A stretch of 64,000 nt of DNA from Alloascoidea hylecoeti (Eukaryota): positions 978,059 to 1,042,058 of the forward strand of contig BCKZ01000007.1 of NCBI GenBank assembly GCA_001600815.1, given 5' to 3'. The notes under the pieces were generated by a model, which saw only the letters and a list, made by a program, of their open reading frames with translations, was not told the origin of the DNA and searched no databases. Both the position numbers and the translations under genes were made by a program. Positions within the stretch are counted from its first letter, which is position 1. Each line of letters opens with the position of its first letter. Below, piece by piece: positions 37,344 to 47,450 of this stretch.

Positions 37344-37516
37344 GACAGTAATAAGGCAGATAAAACGAGTAGAATTGATTATACCAGGGTGTTGAAAGAA
37401 GAAAAAAGATGAAACAAAAAATTTAAAAGATGAAGTACAAAGAAATATTACGTGGTGTTTGGAACATTTCTTCATTGAAGCTTACCACGTTTTATAAAGC
37501 ACAATCCAAATTTAAC

Positions 37517-38285
37517 ATGTCAAAACAGAAAAGTAAAAATGAATGGTTAGAAACCGTACGCAAATAATAAAATAGGTCTATAAATTAGGGAGATGGTTCT
37601 AATTGACTGAAATACTGTAGGAATCTGGAAATAGAATATCGAAGCGAAGCACAATAACGGGGCTAAAATACATCATATTAGGTGGAAGAGTACGTGAAAC
37701 TTCATTAAATGATACGAATGTTTCGTTGGCCATCTTTCTAACCTTCAATTTATAGGTCACAATAGAGCCCGGTGTGATGCTAAGAGGAGACCGAAGAAAT
37801 CAAAATCAGGATCCAAAGGCACCGATAATTTCAATAGGAAGATACTGCTATATTTCTTCAAACACATTACTCAATCCTCCGTATAAAGGTGCAACAAAAG
37901 AGTATGTTCTTTTCGTATCTTTTTTTCTAATACTTCTAGTCTAACTATTAATAGATCGCGGGTCTACTCTCCGTTGAAAATTGGAGATTTTGTTACTATC
38001 GAATCTGATTGTACCGTTGAAGCATCTGCTATAGGATCGTACACATACATTGGAAAAAATGTATCTATAGGAAGATATGTCATCATAAAAGAGGGTGTTG
38101 TTATTCTAGATAATTCAGTTATTCCTCCTCATTCAGTTATTCCTCCCCTATCCATCGTGGGTGGGAATCCAGGAATATTCAAAGAACCTTTATCAGAAGG
38201 AGGACCTGAAGTTTTAGAGATTTTTGCCAGGAAGAAGTATGCTGGAATAAAAGTTGAAATGCCATTGTATTCCTATCGAGATTAG
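37517..38285 (+). CDS. Dynactin subunit p25 (DCTN5), left-handed beta-helix, 4 exons
   Basis: Exons 37517-37555, 37621-37689, 37756-37901, 37955-38285 give EWLET|ESGNRISKRSTITGLKYIILGGR|VTI..MLRGD..IGRYC..LNPP..PLKIGDFV..VEASAIGS. Confidence 0.85.
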
Positions 38286-38883
38286 ATATTAATCATTACG
38301 ATAAATTATAAACTTACAATATAAATGATGAATCGATAGTTTATAAATGTTGAACACAGATGATAAATAAAAGGGGAAAACACATATCCCAATTGCAATA
38401 TTATGGCTGAGTATGTGGGTTCTCCCTTCTACACGAACACATTCTGAAGATCTAACTTGAATTTGGTCTCAGTTGTATGTTCAATAAAATTCGTAATCTA
38501 CTTCAAGCCATTTGATCATCATCGTCCACGACCTGAAAAATATATATATATTTATAATTATGATATCTAGCTATAATTACCTATACATAGTAAAAGTTTG
38601 GTAACTTCCTTTAAAAATATAATATCGTTAAACAAAATTCTTAGGTATCGATTTCTAAAAGCATTGATATAATGCGAGTCAGAACGGTTATTTTTAAATC
38701 AAATTATTTAAGAAATATGCAGCACACTAGTCATATATTATTAATCTAACATTTTAAGAAGAAAGCTACCGATCCTGCACCTGGTGGCTAGTTAAATTTT
38801 GGAGTAAAGAATCGAACGATATTCCAATGACAATATTTGCGATACTAATCTGGAATAAAAAAAGGATTATGCAAATCTAAATA

Positions 38884-39531
38884 CAGTCGGTGTGATTCGG
38901 CCCAACCTGATCACGGTTACATACATAATTTTCACCGACGGGTTTACGTAATTGTATTATTTTGGGGTATATATTGGAACTAGAGTAAATTTTAGCACTA
39001 ACAAAAATTTCCCCAACTATTAACGGTGTCTTGCTACGGTAGGTTTCTTCAAATAAATCTTCAATTTTTAGATATAACTTATATGAAGGGCGTTTGATTT
39101 GATCTTATGTTATTGCAAAAATGATTCATCGGTAACATTTATTATTCAATTACAATCTTAAATAAACTTATGTAGAACGTGTAGGCCCCTAGAAAATGGT
39201 TTGAAAGTTAATTGGCGAAGCAATTGAAACTGATTTGATCCTTTGTTAGAAGCTAATTTCGATTTGGTTATTATTTAGAAAACTCCAAATAATTTCATTA
39301 TTTTCGCACATCATCTTTGAAACTATTCGCTAATAATATTGAACACCCCCACATTAAAAAATATTTTTCTTACTTTTTTATAAAATGTCTCAGGATCTGG
39401 CCTTGGAAAAAAGTTGGCCGACCAGCCACATCATACGGCGATTTACATACTTAAAGACACAAATCGCAAAATTTCTCGGCCAGATTAGCTCAAATCCAGG
39501 TTAGCATGGCCGAATCATAGGCCACCGACTG
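38884..39531. mobile_element. Non-autonomous Tc1/mariner-superfamily element (MITE-like), 648 bp
   Basis: Left end TA|CAGTCGGTG-TGATTCGGCC-CAACCTGAT. Reverse complement of the right end is TA|CAGTCGGTG-gccta-TGATTCGGCC-atgct-AACCTGGAT. TA flanks both sides and no internal ORF is present. Confidence 0.75.
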
Positions 39532-40172
39532 TATACCATTGAAGCCTGAATATTTTATATAATGTTTCTGCTTTCAATTGTGTTTGTGTAGCCCTCCGAG
39601 GCTTGACAAAGTTGCTGATAAGAGAAAGGATAAAAAACCTCCCACAAAAAATGAAAATCAAAGCCCATATCAGACACTGACTAGTGCCAGAGAAATTTGA
39701 CTTCAGTAAATGCTATCCAGATTCCATGTACATTAGGCTTATACATAAGCTCGTCCCACAAAGTAGACATAAGGTTTACTGGAACTCTCTAAGATCCTGA
39801 TCTCACCCCGCTCATCCGTAGTTCCACCCCAACAGGTTATGAGCCCCGTGAATGATATTTCGGGCCTGGATATTCCTGATAGGAATAGGGTTGCACCAAC
39901 CATATATGGGCCTATAGCTATTTTTCTTTTTAATTATTGGTTTTATAACCAATTATAGATCATTAATTTTTAATGTTACTCAATTTTGCAACGATTAATA
40001 GCTGCAGAAGAATATTTATATTGCATTTTTAACGGAGACCGATTTCGGATTCTCAGTCACCCACCATTGCCACGATAAAATTTTTATAGTGCATACTGTA
40101 ATATAATAGCAGGCTTTTATACGTTAAACTTGCCACTGTAGTTATTGCCTAGAGGGGGTCACTCCAGAAGAC

Positions 40173-40274
40173 GCTCCGTTGGCTCAGTTGGTAGAGCGTC
40201 AGTCTCATATTAATTTCCGTGTCATACGAAAACGTGTGATCTGAAGGTCGAGAGTTCGAGCCTCCCACGGAGCA
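40173..40274 (+). tRNA. Elongator tRNA-Met(CAT) with a 29-nt intron (40210-40238)
   Basis: Acceptor stem GCTCCGT/ACGGAGC, D-arm GCTCAGTTGGTAGAGC, anticodon arm TCAGTCTCATA|ATCTGA, T-loop GTTCGAG, downstream T-runs. Confidence 0.95.
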
Positions 40275-40308
40275 ATATATTTTTATTCACCTTTTTGAGG
40301 TTCGGTTT

Positions 40309-40372
40309 AGTCAGCGATGAGTCAGCTGTGCGGTTGTGTCAAGTCAGCGATGAGAATATCAAAACCCAACAA
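40309..40372 (+). promoter_or_regulatory. OLE1 upstream motifs: AGTCAGCGATGAG x2 and LORE-like ACCCAACAA
   Basis: 13-mer at 40309-40321 and 40342-40354, ACCCAACAA at 40364-40372, TATATAA at about 40413. Confidence 0.5.
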
Positions 40373-40478
40373 ATTTGATAATAATATTGAAAATCGCATC
40401 TGCCCAAAATGTATATAATCTCTTTTGATTGCTGTTTTTTTTCTTTTCCTCACACCATTTTTCTTTTCCGAGTTTTCA

Positions 40479-41954
40479 ATGTCCGCTCCAATAGAAGAAC
40501 TGAAATTGGATGAAGTCGCTGCTTATGCGACTGGTTCCTATAAACCGCAGCCAGAGGTCAAAAACTTTGGTGGTGTCAAGTTAACTAACCTGACCAAAGG
40601 TCGAAAAGATGTTTTCATTTCGAAAAATGGTAAACGGTTACACATTTCTGAACAGCCCTTCACAAGGAAAAATTGGTACTTGAAAATCAATTGGCTGAAT
40701 TTTATCCTGGTTGTTTTCATTCCCATCAGTGGTCTGATCACCGCACTCTGGACTCCGTTAAATTGGAAAACTGCTATATGGGCCATTTCTTATTATTTCG
40801 CTACTGGTTTATCCATCACTGCCGGCTACCATCGTTTATTCTCTCACAGAGCTTATGTCGCAAAATGGCCAGTCAGATTATATTACGCTTTTGTTGGTGG
40901 TGGTGCTGTTGAAGGTTCCGTTAGATGGTGGTCTGCAAGTCATCGTGTTCATCATCGTTACACTGATACCGAAAAGGATCCATATAATGCCAAAAATGGC
41001 TTTTGGTTCTCTCATATGGGCTGGATGTTAACAATTCCAAACCCTAAAAATAAAGGTAGAGTCGATATTAGTGATTTGAATGCTGACCCAATAGTTAGAT
41101 GGCAACACAAACATTATATACCCGTTTTATTTTTCATGGCTTATATTTTCCCAGCTTTGGTTGCTTGGACTTGGGGTGATGCTTTTGGTGGTTTCATTTA
41201 TGCCGGTGTACTCCGTGTTGGCTTTGTTCAACAGGCCACCTTCTGTGTCAATTCTTTAGCTCACTGGATCGGTGATCAGCCATTTGACGACAGAAGAACC
41301 CCTAGAGATCATGTTTTAACTGCTTTGGTTACAATGGGTGAAGGTTACCATAACTTCCATCATGAATTCCCAAGTGATTATAGAAATGCTATTAGATGGT
41401 ATCAATATGATCCAACTAAATTTGTTATTTGGTTAACCAAAGCCGTTGGTTTAGCTTCTGATTTGAAAACGTTTTCTCAAAATGCAATCGAACAAGGTTT
41501 AGTACAGCAACAACAAAAGAAATTAGATAAATGGAGATCAAGATTAAATTGGGGTATTCCAATCGATCAATTACCAATTATTGAATTTGATGATTTTAAA
41601 GAACAATCAAAAGAACGTTCTTTAATTCTTATTTCTGGTATTGTTCATGATGTTAGTGATTTTATTGATGAACATCCAGGTGGTTTAGCTCTAATCAAAT
41701 CAGCCATTGGTAAAGATGGTACTGCTGTTTTCAATGGTGGTGTTTACTTACATTCAAATGCTGCCCATAATTTATTAGCAACAATGAGATGTTCTGTTAT
41801 TAGGGGTGGATGTGAAGTTGAAGTGTGGAGACAACAACAAAAGGAAAATAAAGAAGTTGATATTAAAAATGATTCAAAGGGCTCAAAAATTGTTAGAGCT
41901 GGTGAACAAGCAACTCAAAGTATGACTCCTATTGCTACTGCTGATGCTGCTTAA
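40479..41954 (+). CDS. OLE1: Delta-9 acyl-CoA desaturase with C-terminal cytochrome b5 domain
   Basis: His boxes [18 protein letters not shown] and GYHNFHH, and HPGG in the b5 domain. First ATG at 40479. Confidence 0.97.
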   Translation: MSAPIEELKLDEVAAYATGSYKPQPEVKNFGGVKLTNLTKGRKDVFISKNGKRLHISEQPFTRKNWYLKINWLNFILVVFIPISGLITALWTPLNWKTAIWAISYYFATGLSITAGYHRLFSHRAYVAKWPVRLYYAFVGGGAVEGSVRWWSASHRVHHRYTDTEKDPYNAKNGFWFSHMGWMLTIPNPKNKGRVDISDLNADPIVRWQHKHYIPVLFFMAYIFPALVAWTWGDAFGGFIYAGVLRVGFVQQATFCVNSLAHWIGDQPFDDRRTPRDHVLTALVTMGEGYHNFHHEFPSDYRNAIRWYQYDPTKFVIWLTKAVGLASDLKTFSQNAIEQGLVQQQQKKLDKWRSRLNWGIPIDQLPIIEFDDFKEQSKERSLILISGIVHDVSDFIDEHPGGLALIKSAIGKDGTAVFNGGVYLHSNAAHNLLATMRCSVIRGGCEVEVWRQQQKENKEVDIKNDSKGSKIVRAGEQATQSMTPIATADAA

Positions 41955-42182
41955 ATCTAAGGACCATTTTATGTATCATGTTTCATATATTTCATTTCAC
42001 ACATTATATATAACGTATAATCATTCACAGTAAATAATAAAAATATCGGTTGGGCTTATTTATTTTAAATCAAATTTGTAGATATGGTGATCATGATTAT
42101 GTAGTTGTAAGGAGGTTGTAACCTATTATAACTTCCTTACCCTTTATACTTTAAACTTAAACTATGCGTTACTGAATGATAA

Positions 42183-43154
42183 ATGGGCGAAATCCAACAT
42201 CCACAAAATATTCTTTTAAGACCTTCACCACAAATAGTTTCTGGAACATCTTTGATTTCTCAATTTGCACAGAATAATCAAAGCCTTGAAGATAATACTC
42301 CTCTTTTTGAAGAAGATAATAATATAAACTATGATCAGTCGGATTGTTTACTAAATAATAATTCAACTCCAAAAACGCAAACTTCAATACAAAATATTCC
42401 TGGTAGTGCTACACAAAGTCCAACATCTTTAAATTCGCCTGATTACAATAATAATACACTAGAAATGAACAATAATACTAATAATAATGATGATGAAATT
42501 AGATTTTTCAATAATCATGAATATGCTATACAAAACTATGATAAATTAAATGCTTCAACAGTATCAAGATCAAATTCAAATAATAGTAATAATAGTTCAA
42601 TAAAAGTATTAACGGCAACTCATTTTGAAAATTGTTACGTAATTAAAGATTCAATAGAATATAATACAACAAGAATCGTAAGAGTTCCAAGAGATTATTC
42701 CTCAAAAGGTGATTTATGTCCAATTTTTTCAACTTATTTACCTGGTACAGAGCCAGGAGCAATTAACGAATATTATGGTGATTTATTAGTTGATGAATTT
42801 ATACCAAGAGGTGTAAATCATTTAAAAAATAAATTTGGTTATTCATCAATATCACCTTTAAATTTATATTTATCAAAAGATGAATTTCAAGAAATTATTT
42901 TTCAAATTAATAATTATTGTAATTTAATTTTTAATCCTTTTCAATTTAAAAATTTATTGTTTAATTCAATAGCTTTTTTGACTTTATGGATTGGTGAAAA
43001 TTTATTTACTGATCCTTCTAAAAAAGCTTTAAAAGATTTAGATTTATTTATTGATAAAATTAATGAAGAAAAATTAAAATTAAAGCAAATAAAATTAATA
43101 TCTCCAAGAAGAAGTGGATTTTTATCACTGGATTTTCAAATACCAAGACCTTAA
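42183..43154 (+). CDS. SHR5: Ras palmitoyltransferase subunit, Erf4/Golgin A7 family
   Basis: IVRVPRDYS..CPIFSTYLPG..YLSKDEFQEIIFQIN..LISPRRSGFLSLDF. Confidence 0.75.
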   Translation: MGEIQHPQNILLRPSPQIVSGTSLISQFAQNNQSLEDNTPLFEEDNNINYDQSDCLLNNNSTPKTQTSIQNIPGSATQSPTSLNSPDYNNNTLEMNNNTNNNDDEIRFFNNHEYAIQNYDKLNASTVSRSNSNNSNNSSIKVLTATHFENCYVIKDSIEYNTTRIVRVPRDYSSKGDLCPIFSTYLPGTEPGAINEYYGDLLVDEFIPRGVNHLKNKFGYSSISPLNLYLSKDEFQEIIFQINNYCNLIFNPFQFKNLLFNSIAFLTLWIGENLFTDPSKKALKDLDLFIDKINEEKLKLKQIKLISPRRSGFLSLDFQIPRP

Positions 43155-43498
43155 TACCATATCTCTCTATTTTTGTATTTTACTTCTTTTATAATTAGTT
43201 CTGTTCATCATCCTTCCTTTAATAAATAGCATTTCATTTCATTTCATTTACTTTATTGTTTCTTTCAAATATCTACATAGTCATTCTAATCAATTTATAG
43301 CTAGTTTAATATATTAAATTTAAATAATCATAAATATTCTAGTTGTAACTTTTAGACTTCTAAACTTTTGTAGGTATAATAGTATGACTTGTACAGATGC
43401 GAGAAACATATTCTAGGTAATAACTATATATAAGTTATATAAAGCAATAACAATGATAATGAATGAAATAGTAAAAAAATTCCCCCCTATATAAATAG

Positions 43499-45112
43499 CT
43501 ATATAAATAGAAATACAAATGATAAACAAATTAACAACCATATCCGGTTTAAACTTTTTAGTCTTTTAAACAAGCTTATTGAACCTGAAGTAGTAGATGT
43601 ATCTTGCATTGAATTACAAGAAATATAGGAATCATCATCAGTTGTCCAATAATATGATTTACTTTGTGATGCTGAATCTGTTGGACATTGAAAATTAAAA
43701 TCAGCTGGACAATCCTGAACTAATGAATAACATAAATCAATGCACGGTAATATTTCATAATATGATTTATTTGGTTTAATTTCATCATTTATAAAATTAT
43801 TCCTTGATCCTCCAACATCTCTTAAAATATATCCAGTTTCATTCTTCGTTGTACAACGAGGGATTGCAGTAGCACATAACCAACTCTTATATGAATGTGC
43901 ACAGTCATCACAATTTCTTAAAACTGTATAAATTGAATCCCTTTCTGCATCACATGGTATAATCTGTAATGCTTTTGAAAAATTTGAATATAAATCTTGG
44001 GTATAATTATCATATAATGTAACTAATTCTTTTGTTGAAAAGTCATTGTTCTTTGGTACTGAATATGCAACATCTTCACAAAATGAAAGATTGAAAATTA
44101 ATTCACATGAATCAGATTCCATTGTTTCAAAATTGTATTGTGAAAATATAACTCCTCCATATTTTGTGGTGCTACCTTTAGAATTTTCAAAGTTTTGTGT
44201 TGCATACCCAACATATTTCGTTGATGAATTCAAGTTTTGTACAAGCATCTGCTGTTTAACCCCAATCCCCCTATCCGTATATGAATATTCCATATTTGAT
44301 GCATTTAATAATGCTGGACCATTCTTAATCGCACACCATGATTTTTCTAAACCATTGAAATAATTTCTTTGATCGTACGGATAAACAAATAAGTTGAAAG
44401 ATACTAAAGATGATATATCAACATTTGATAAATTTGTAGATTCAGTTGTTAAGTTCCCAGTAACAAATAACGCACTGTCATCATCTTTATCAACAATTGT
44501 AACCCAAGTTCTATCATCCCATTGAAACATTAACCCATTTTGTGAAACACCAAGTTCATAGGTCCACACTCCAGTAATGTAAGACGAATTTGGTGATTTA
44601 ACGGCAATATATAAATTCGTATATGGATTACTTGTTGGATTTGTTATAACCATTTCTAAATAACCGTCATCAAACTCAACAGTATTGGCTTCTGGAATAG
44701 TTTCTAAATCATTTATACCAGAATCATTGAAAGTATAATAAACCTTTAATTTGTCTGTTTCCAACGAAGCAGGTGGTTTTGCACAAATATTCCCCGATAA
44801 AAAGATGATTATATTGACATATTCAGATAACCCAGGATTAGAAGTATTAACAACAAATTGATAATATTGAGTATCACCAGGACCAATATTATTCCTTACC
44901 GGCTCCCATTCTTGTAACTCTTCTGCGTCACCTAAAAGATTTTTCAACTGATTTGTTCCACCATAACCCTCCTCCTGGTCAAAAATATCAATCTCATATT
45001 TGTGTTCGAATGAATCTATTAATGACTGGCACTTGGCTACTGCGACAAATATCATTAAAAACACCCATACTAAAACATGTTTGTTATCATTCTGCTGATG
45101 ACGAAATCTCAT
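43499..45112 (-). CDS. MID1: Calcium influx channel subunit Mid1
   Basis: Signal peptide, IFLSGNIC, FQWD, KSWCAI and Cys-rich C-terminus FCEDVAYSVP..CDDCAHSYKSWLCATAIPRC..PCIDLC. Confidence 0.9.
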   Translation of the reverse strand: MRFRHQQNDNKHVLVWVFLMIFVAVAKCQSLIDSFEHKYEIDIFDQEEGYGGTNQLKNLLGDAEELQEWEPVRNNIGPGDTQYYQFVVNTSNPGLSEYVNIIIFLSGNICAKPPASLETDKLKVYYTFNDSGINDLETIPEANTVEFDDGYLEMVITNPTSNPYTNLYIAVKSPNSSYITGVWTYELGVSQNGLMFQWDDRTWVTIVDKDDDSALFVTGNLTTESTNLSNVDISSLVSFNLFVYPYDQRNYFNGLEKSWCAIKNGPALLNASNMEYSYTDRGIGVKQQMLVQNLNSSTKYVGYATQNFENSKGSTTKYGGVIFSQYNFETMESDSCELIFNLSFCEDVAYSVPKNNDFSTKELVTLYDNYTQDLYSNFSKALQIIPCDAERDSIYTVLRNCDDCAHSYKSWLCATAIPRCTTKNETGYILRDVGGSRNNFINDEIKPNKSYYEILPCIDLCYSLVQDCPADFNFQCPTDSASQSKSYYWTTDDDSYISCNSMQDTSTTSGSISLFKRLKSLNRIWLLICLSFVFLFI

Positions 45113-45317
45113 TGATTTTTAGGTGTATATTTACAAATATCTAAAAGGGACCGAAACAATTATTTTCAGTAAATCGTGAAAAAATGGATATCTTTAATTT
45201 TATCTTATATATGTCAATAAAAGAAGGCTATACTTTCCCGTATTATAATCATCACAACTTCCGGTATGGATACGAATGTTTTGACGTTTTTCCTTATATC
45301 TACCTACTTTCTATAGA

Positions 45318-45908
45318 ATGTCAGCAATTGCAATATCCTATATTAAAGGCGATATTTTTGCATTCTCTCCGTCTCCATCAATTTTAGCTCATGCCTGTAA
45401 CTGTTATGGGGTTTGGGGCTCAGGAGTAGCAGCAGGTTTTAAGAAATATTATCCATCTGCTTATAAGGTTTATAGTGATTATTGTATGGATTTCGTTGAA
45501 GATAATGACACAGATAGCTTGGTAGGTACTTGTTTGTTAATTAGAACATCAAAACTTGATAAAGGGAATAGAATGAAATATGAAGACTATAAAATAGTTA
45601 ATCAAAATCCTAAAGTCGATTACATTGCTTGCCTATTTACATCAGAAGGTTATGGAAGAGATAAGGATTCACAACAAACAATTATAAAAAATACAAAACA
45701 TTCATATACACAATTGAAACAATTAATTGTGGACCCCAAAGATAATTCATTATGGAATAATTTTGATATTAAAGATTCAAACGATGCTTCTAAATTAATT
45801 ATTCATATGCCAAAGATAAATGCTGGAATATTTGATGTCCCTTGGGAACAATCAAAAGATGCTATTGAGCAAGTTGGTCAACCTGCAAAAGTTTATGTTA
45901 TTGAATAA
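45318..45908 (+). CDS. POA1: Macro-domain ADP-ribose-1''-phosphate phosphatase
   Basis: YIKGDIF, LAHACNCYGVWGSGVA, IACLFTS, MPKINAGIFDVPW. Confidence 0.88.
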   Translation: MSAIAISYIKGDIFAFSPSPSILAHACNCYGVWGSGVAAGFKKYYPSAYKVYSDYCMDFVEDNDTDSLVGTCLLIRTSKLDKGNRMKYEDYKIVNQNPKVDYIACLFTSEGYGRDKDSQQTIIKNTKHSYTQLKQLIVDPKDNSLWNNFDIKDSNDASKLIIHMPKINAGIFDVPWEQSKDAIEQVGQPAKVYVIE

Positions 45909-45918
45909 AACATGATTT

Positions 45919-47151
45919 TCATAAATATTCAAATTTTTGTGTCGATCGCTCAATAAAACTATTACTAGCTGTATATGAAAAGTTTTTAAATTGAAATCCT
46001 GCCCCAGTTCCATCATTATTAATATTCATTGGAGAGCCGTAGTTATCACCAAGTTCATGAGCAATTGAATCTTTCGCTGGGGATATCGACATTTGAGTAA
46101 ATTGTGAATTAAAATTTTCGGCCAATATTGGATCAGTTATAACAGGTATTATTGGGGGTATAATTGATGGATCCCGATTATATAATTTTTCCCAATCTAT
46201 CTTTCTAAAAAATCGATGATTTTTAATTACTTCCCAATCATTTGTTTTTAACCTCTTTCCTGGATTTTTCCGTAACAATCTTGTTAATAAATCCTTTGCT
46301 TCATTTGTAAAATAATATGGAAACTTTAATTTCTTTGTCTTTGCAATTTTATCCAACACCTTTTTATGATTATTGCCAGTAAATGGTGGTGAACCAGACA
46401 TAAGATCATATCCCATTGCACCAAAAGACCACCAATCAACTTCATAACTATATTTTTCACCTTTCAAAATTTCAGGTGCCATATATTCAGGTGTACCAAT
46501 AATTGATGAACAAACCAAGTCATTATTACCATTTGAAACTTTACTCAAGCCAAAATCCGTTAATAATAAATGCCCATAATTATCTAGTAAACAATTTTCA
46601 GGTTTTAAATCCCTATAAATTATTCCAACGTTTGTATGTAAATGATGTAACGCTAATGCAATTTCAGCTAAATAAAAACAGGCAGTCGTTTCAGAAAACA
46701 TCTTTTGATTTGCTAGATATTGCCATAACTCCCCACCTTGGACATATTCCAGAATTAAGTATATCTTTTCTGTATCTTGTATCGCATAAAATAATTTAAC
46801 AATAAAGGGATGACTTATTGATTCCAAAATTGATTTTTCTGTTATTGTCCGTTCAATATGACCCTTTTCAATTATCATTGATGCTTTCTTTAATTGTTTT
46901 TGAGCATATAAATGACCAGTTTTTCTCTCTTTAACTAATATAACTTTGCCATATGAGCCTATACCTAAAACTTTGATTGGTCTAAAATTCGATGGTGTTA
47001 TTTTATAGTCATTATTTTTACCAGTACTAGCTATGGTAGCACTATTAATACTATTAGTACTGCCGATGGTATTAGTTCTGGAGGCAGATTCGGGTATTTC
47101 AGCCAAACCATCAAATGTATCTGTCTCGTCAAAATCAAAAATGTCCAGCAT
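45919..47151 (-). CDS. YPK3: AGC/S6-type protein kinase
   Basis: LGIGSYGKV, YAQKQLKKA, YRDLKPENCLL, TDFGLSK and PIIPVITDPILAENF. ATG at 47151. Confidence 0.8.
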   Translation of the reverse strand: MLDIFDFDETDTFDGLAEIPESASRTNTIGSTNSINSATIASTGKNNDYKITPSNFRPIKVLGIGSYGKVILVKERKTGHLYAQKQLKKASMIIEKGHIERTITEKSILESISHPFIVKLFYAIQDTEKIYLILEYVQGGELWQYLANQKMFSETTACFYLAEIALALHHLHTNVGIIYRDLKPENCLLDNYGHLLLTDFGLSKVSNGNNDLVCSSIIGTPEYMAPEILKGEKYSYEVDWWSFGAMGYDLMSGSPPFTGNNHKKVLDKIAKTKKLKFPYYFTNEAKDLLTRLLRKNPGKRLKTNDWEVIKNHRFFRKIDWEKLYNRDPSIIPPIIPVITDPILAENFNSQFTQMSISPAKDSIAHELGDNYGSPMNINNDGTGAGFQFKNFSYTASNSFIERSTQKFEYL

Positions 47152-47450
47152 CGTTGCCGTTAAGATCAATATTCAGTATTAATTCCAATCTGAAAATTTA
47201 AATATTATGATAAAAAAAGACGTACGAAATATGCATGCTTATGACATGTGACTTGATATTCCCAAAGTAGAAATTTCAATATATGCGTGCCTGCATTATG
47301 CACTGTATACCACAAGACACCCGCCCGCTGCAAACTGCGGCCGATTGCAATAATTATTTACATTTATGTCTGAGTCTTCTTTTAAATTCTTTTAAAATAC
47401 TCACACCTTTTTTTGCTTCTTCTTCTTTTTCGTATGCTCTGCTTTTTGGA

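Noticed and set aside
39540..40160. Solo LTR upstream of the tRNA gene
   Set aside because: No TG..CA ends with a target duplication identified, and only short palindromes such as TATTCCT-GAT-AGGAATA
47283..47450. Upstream in-frame ATG extending GPR1
   Set aside because: It lies in the T-rich shared promoter only about 130 bp from the YPK3 start, with no recognisable conserved sequence. Not formally excluded
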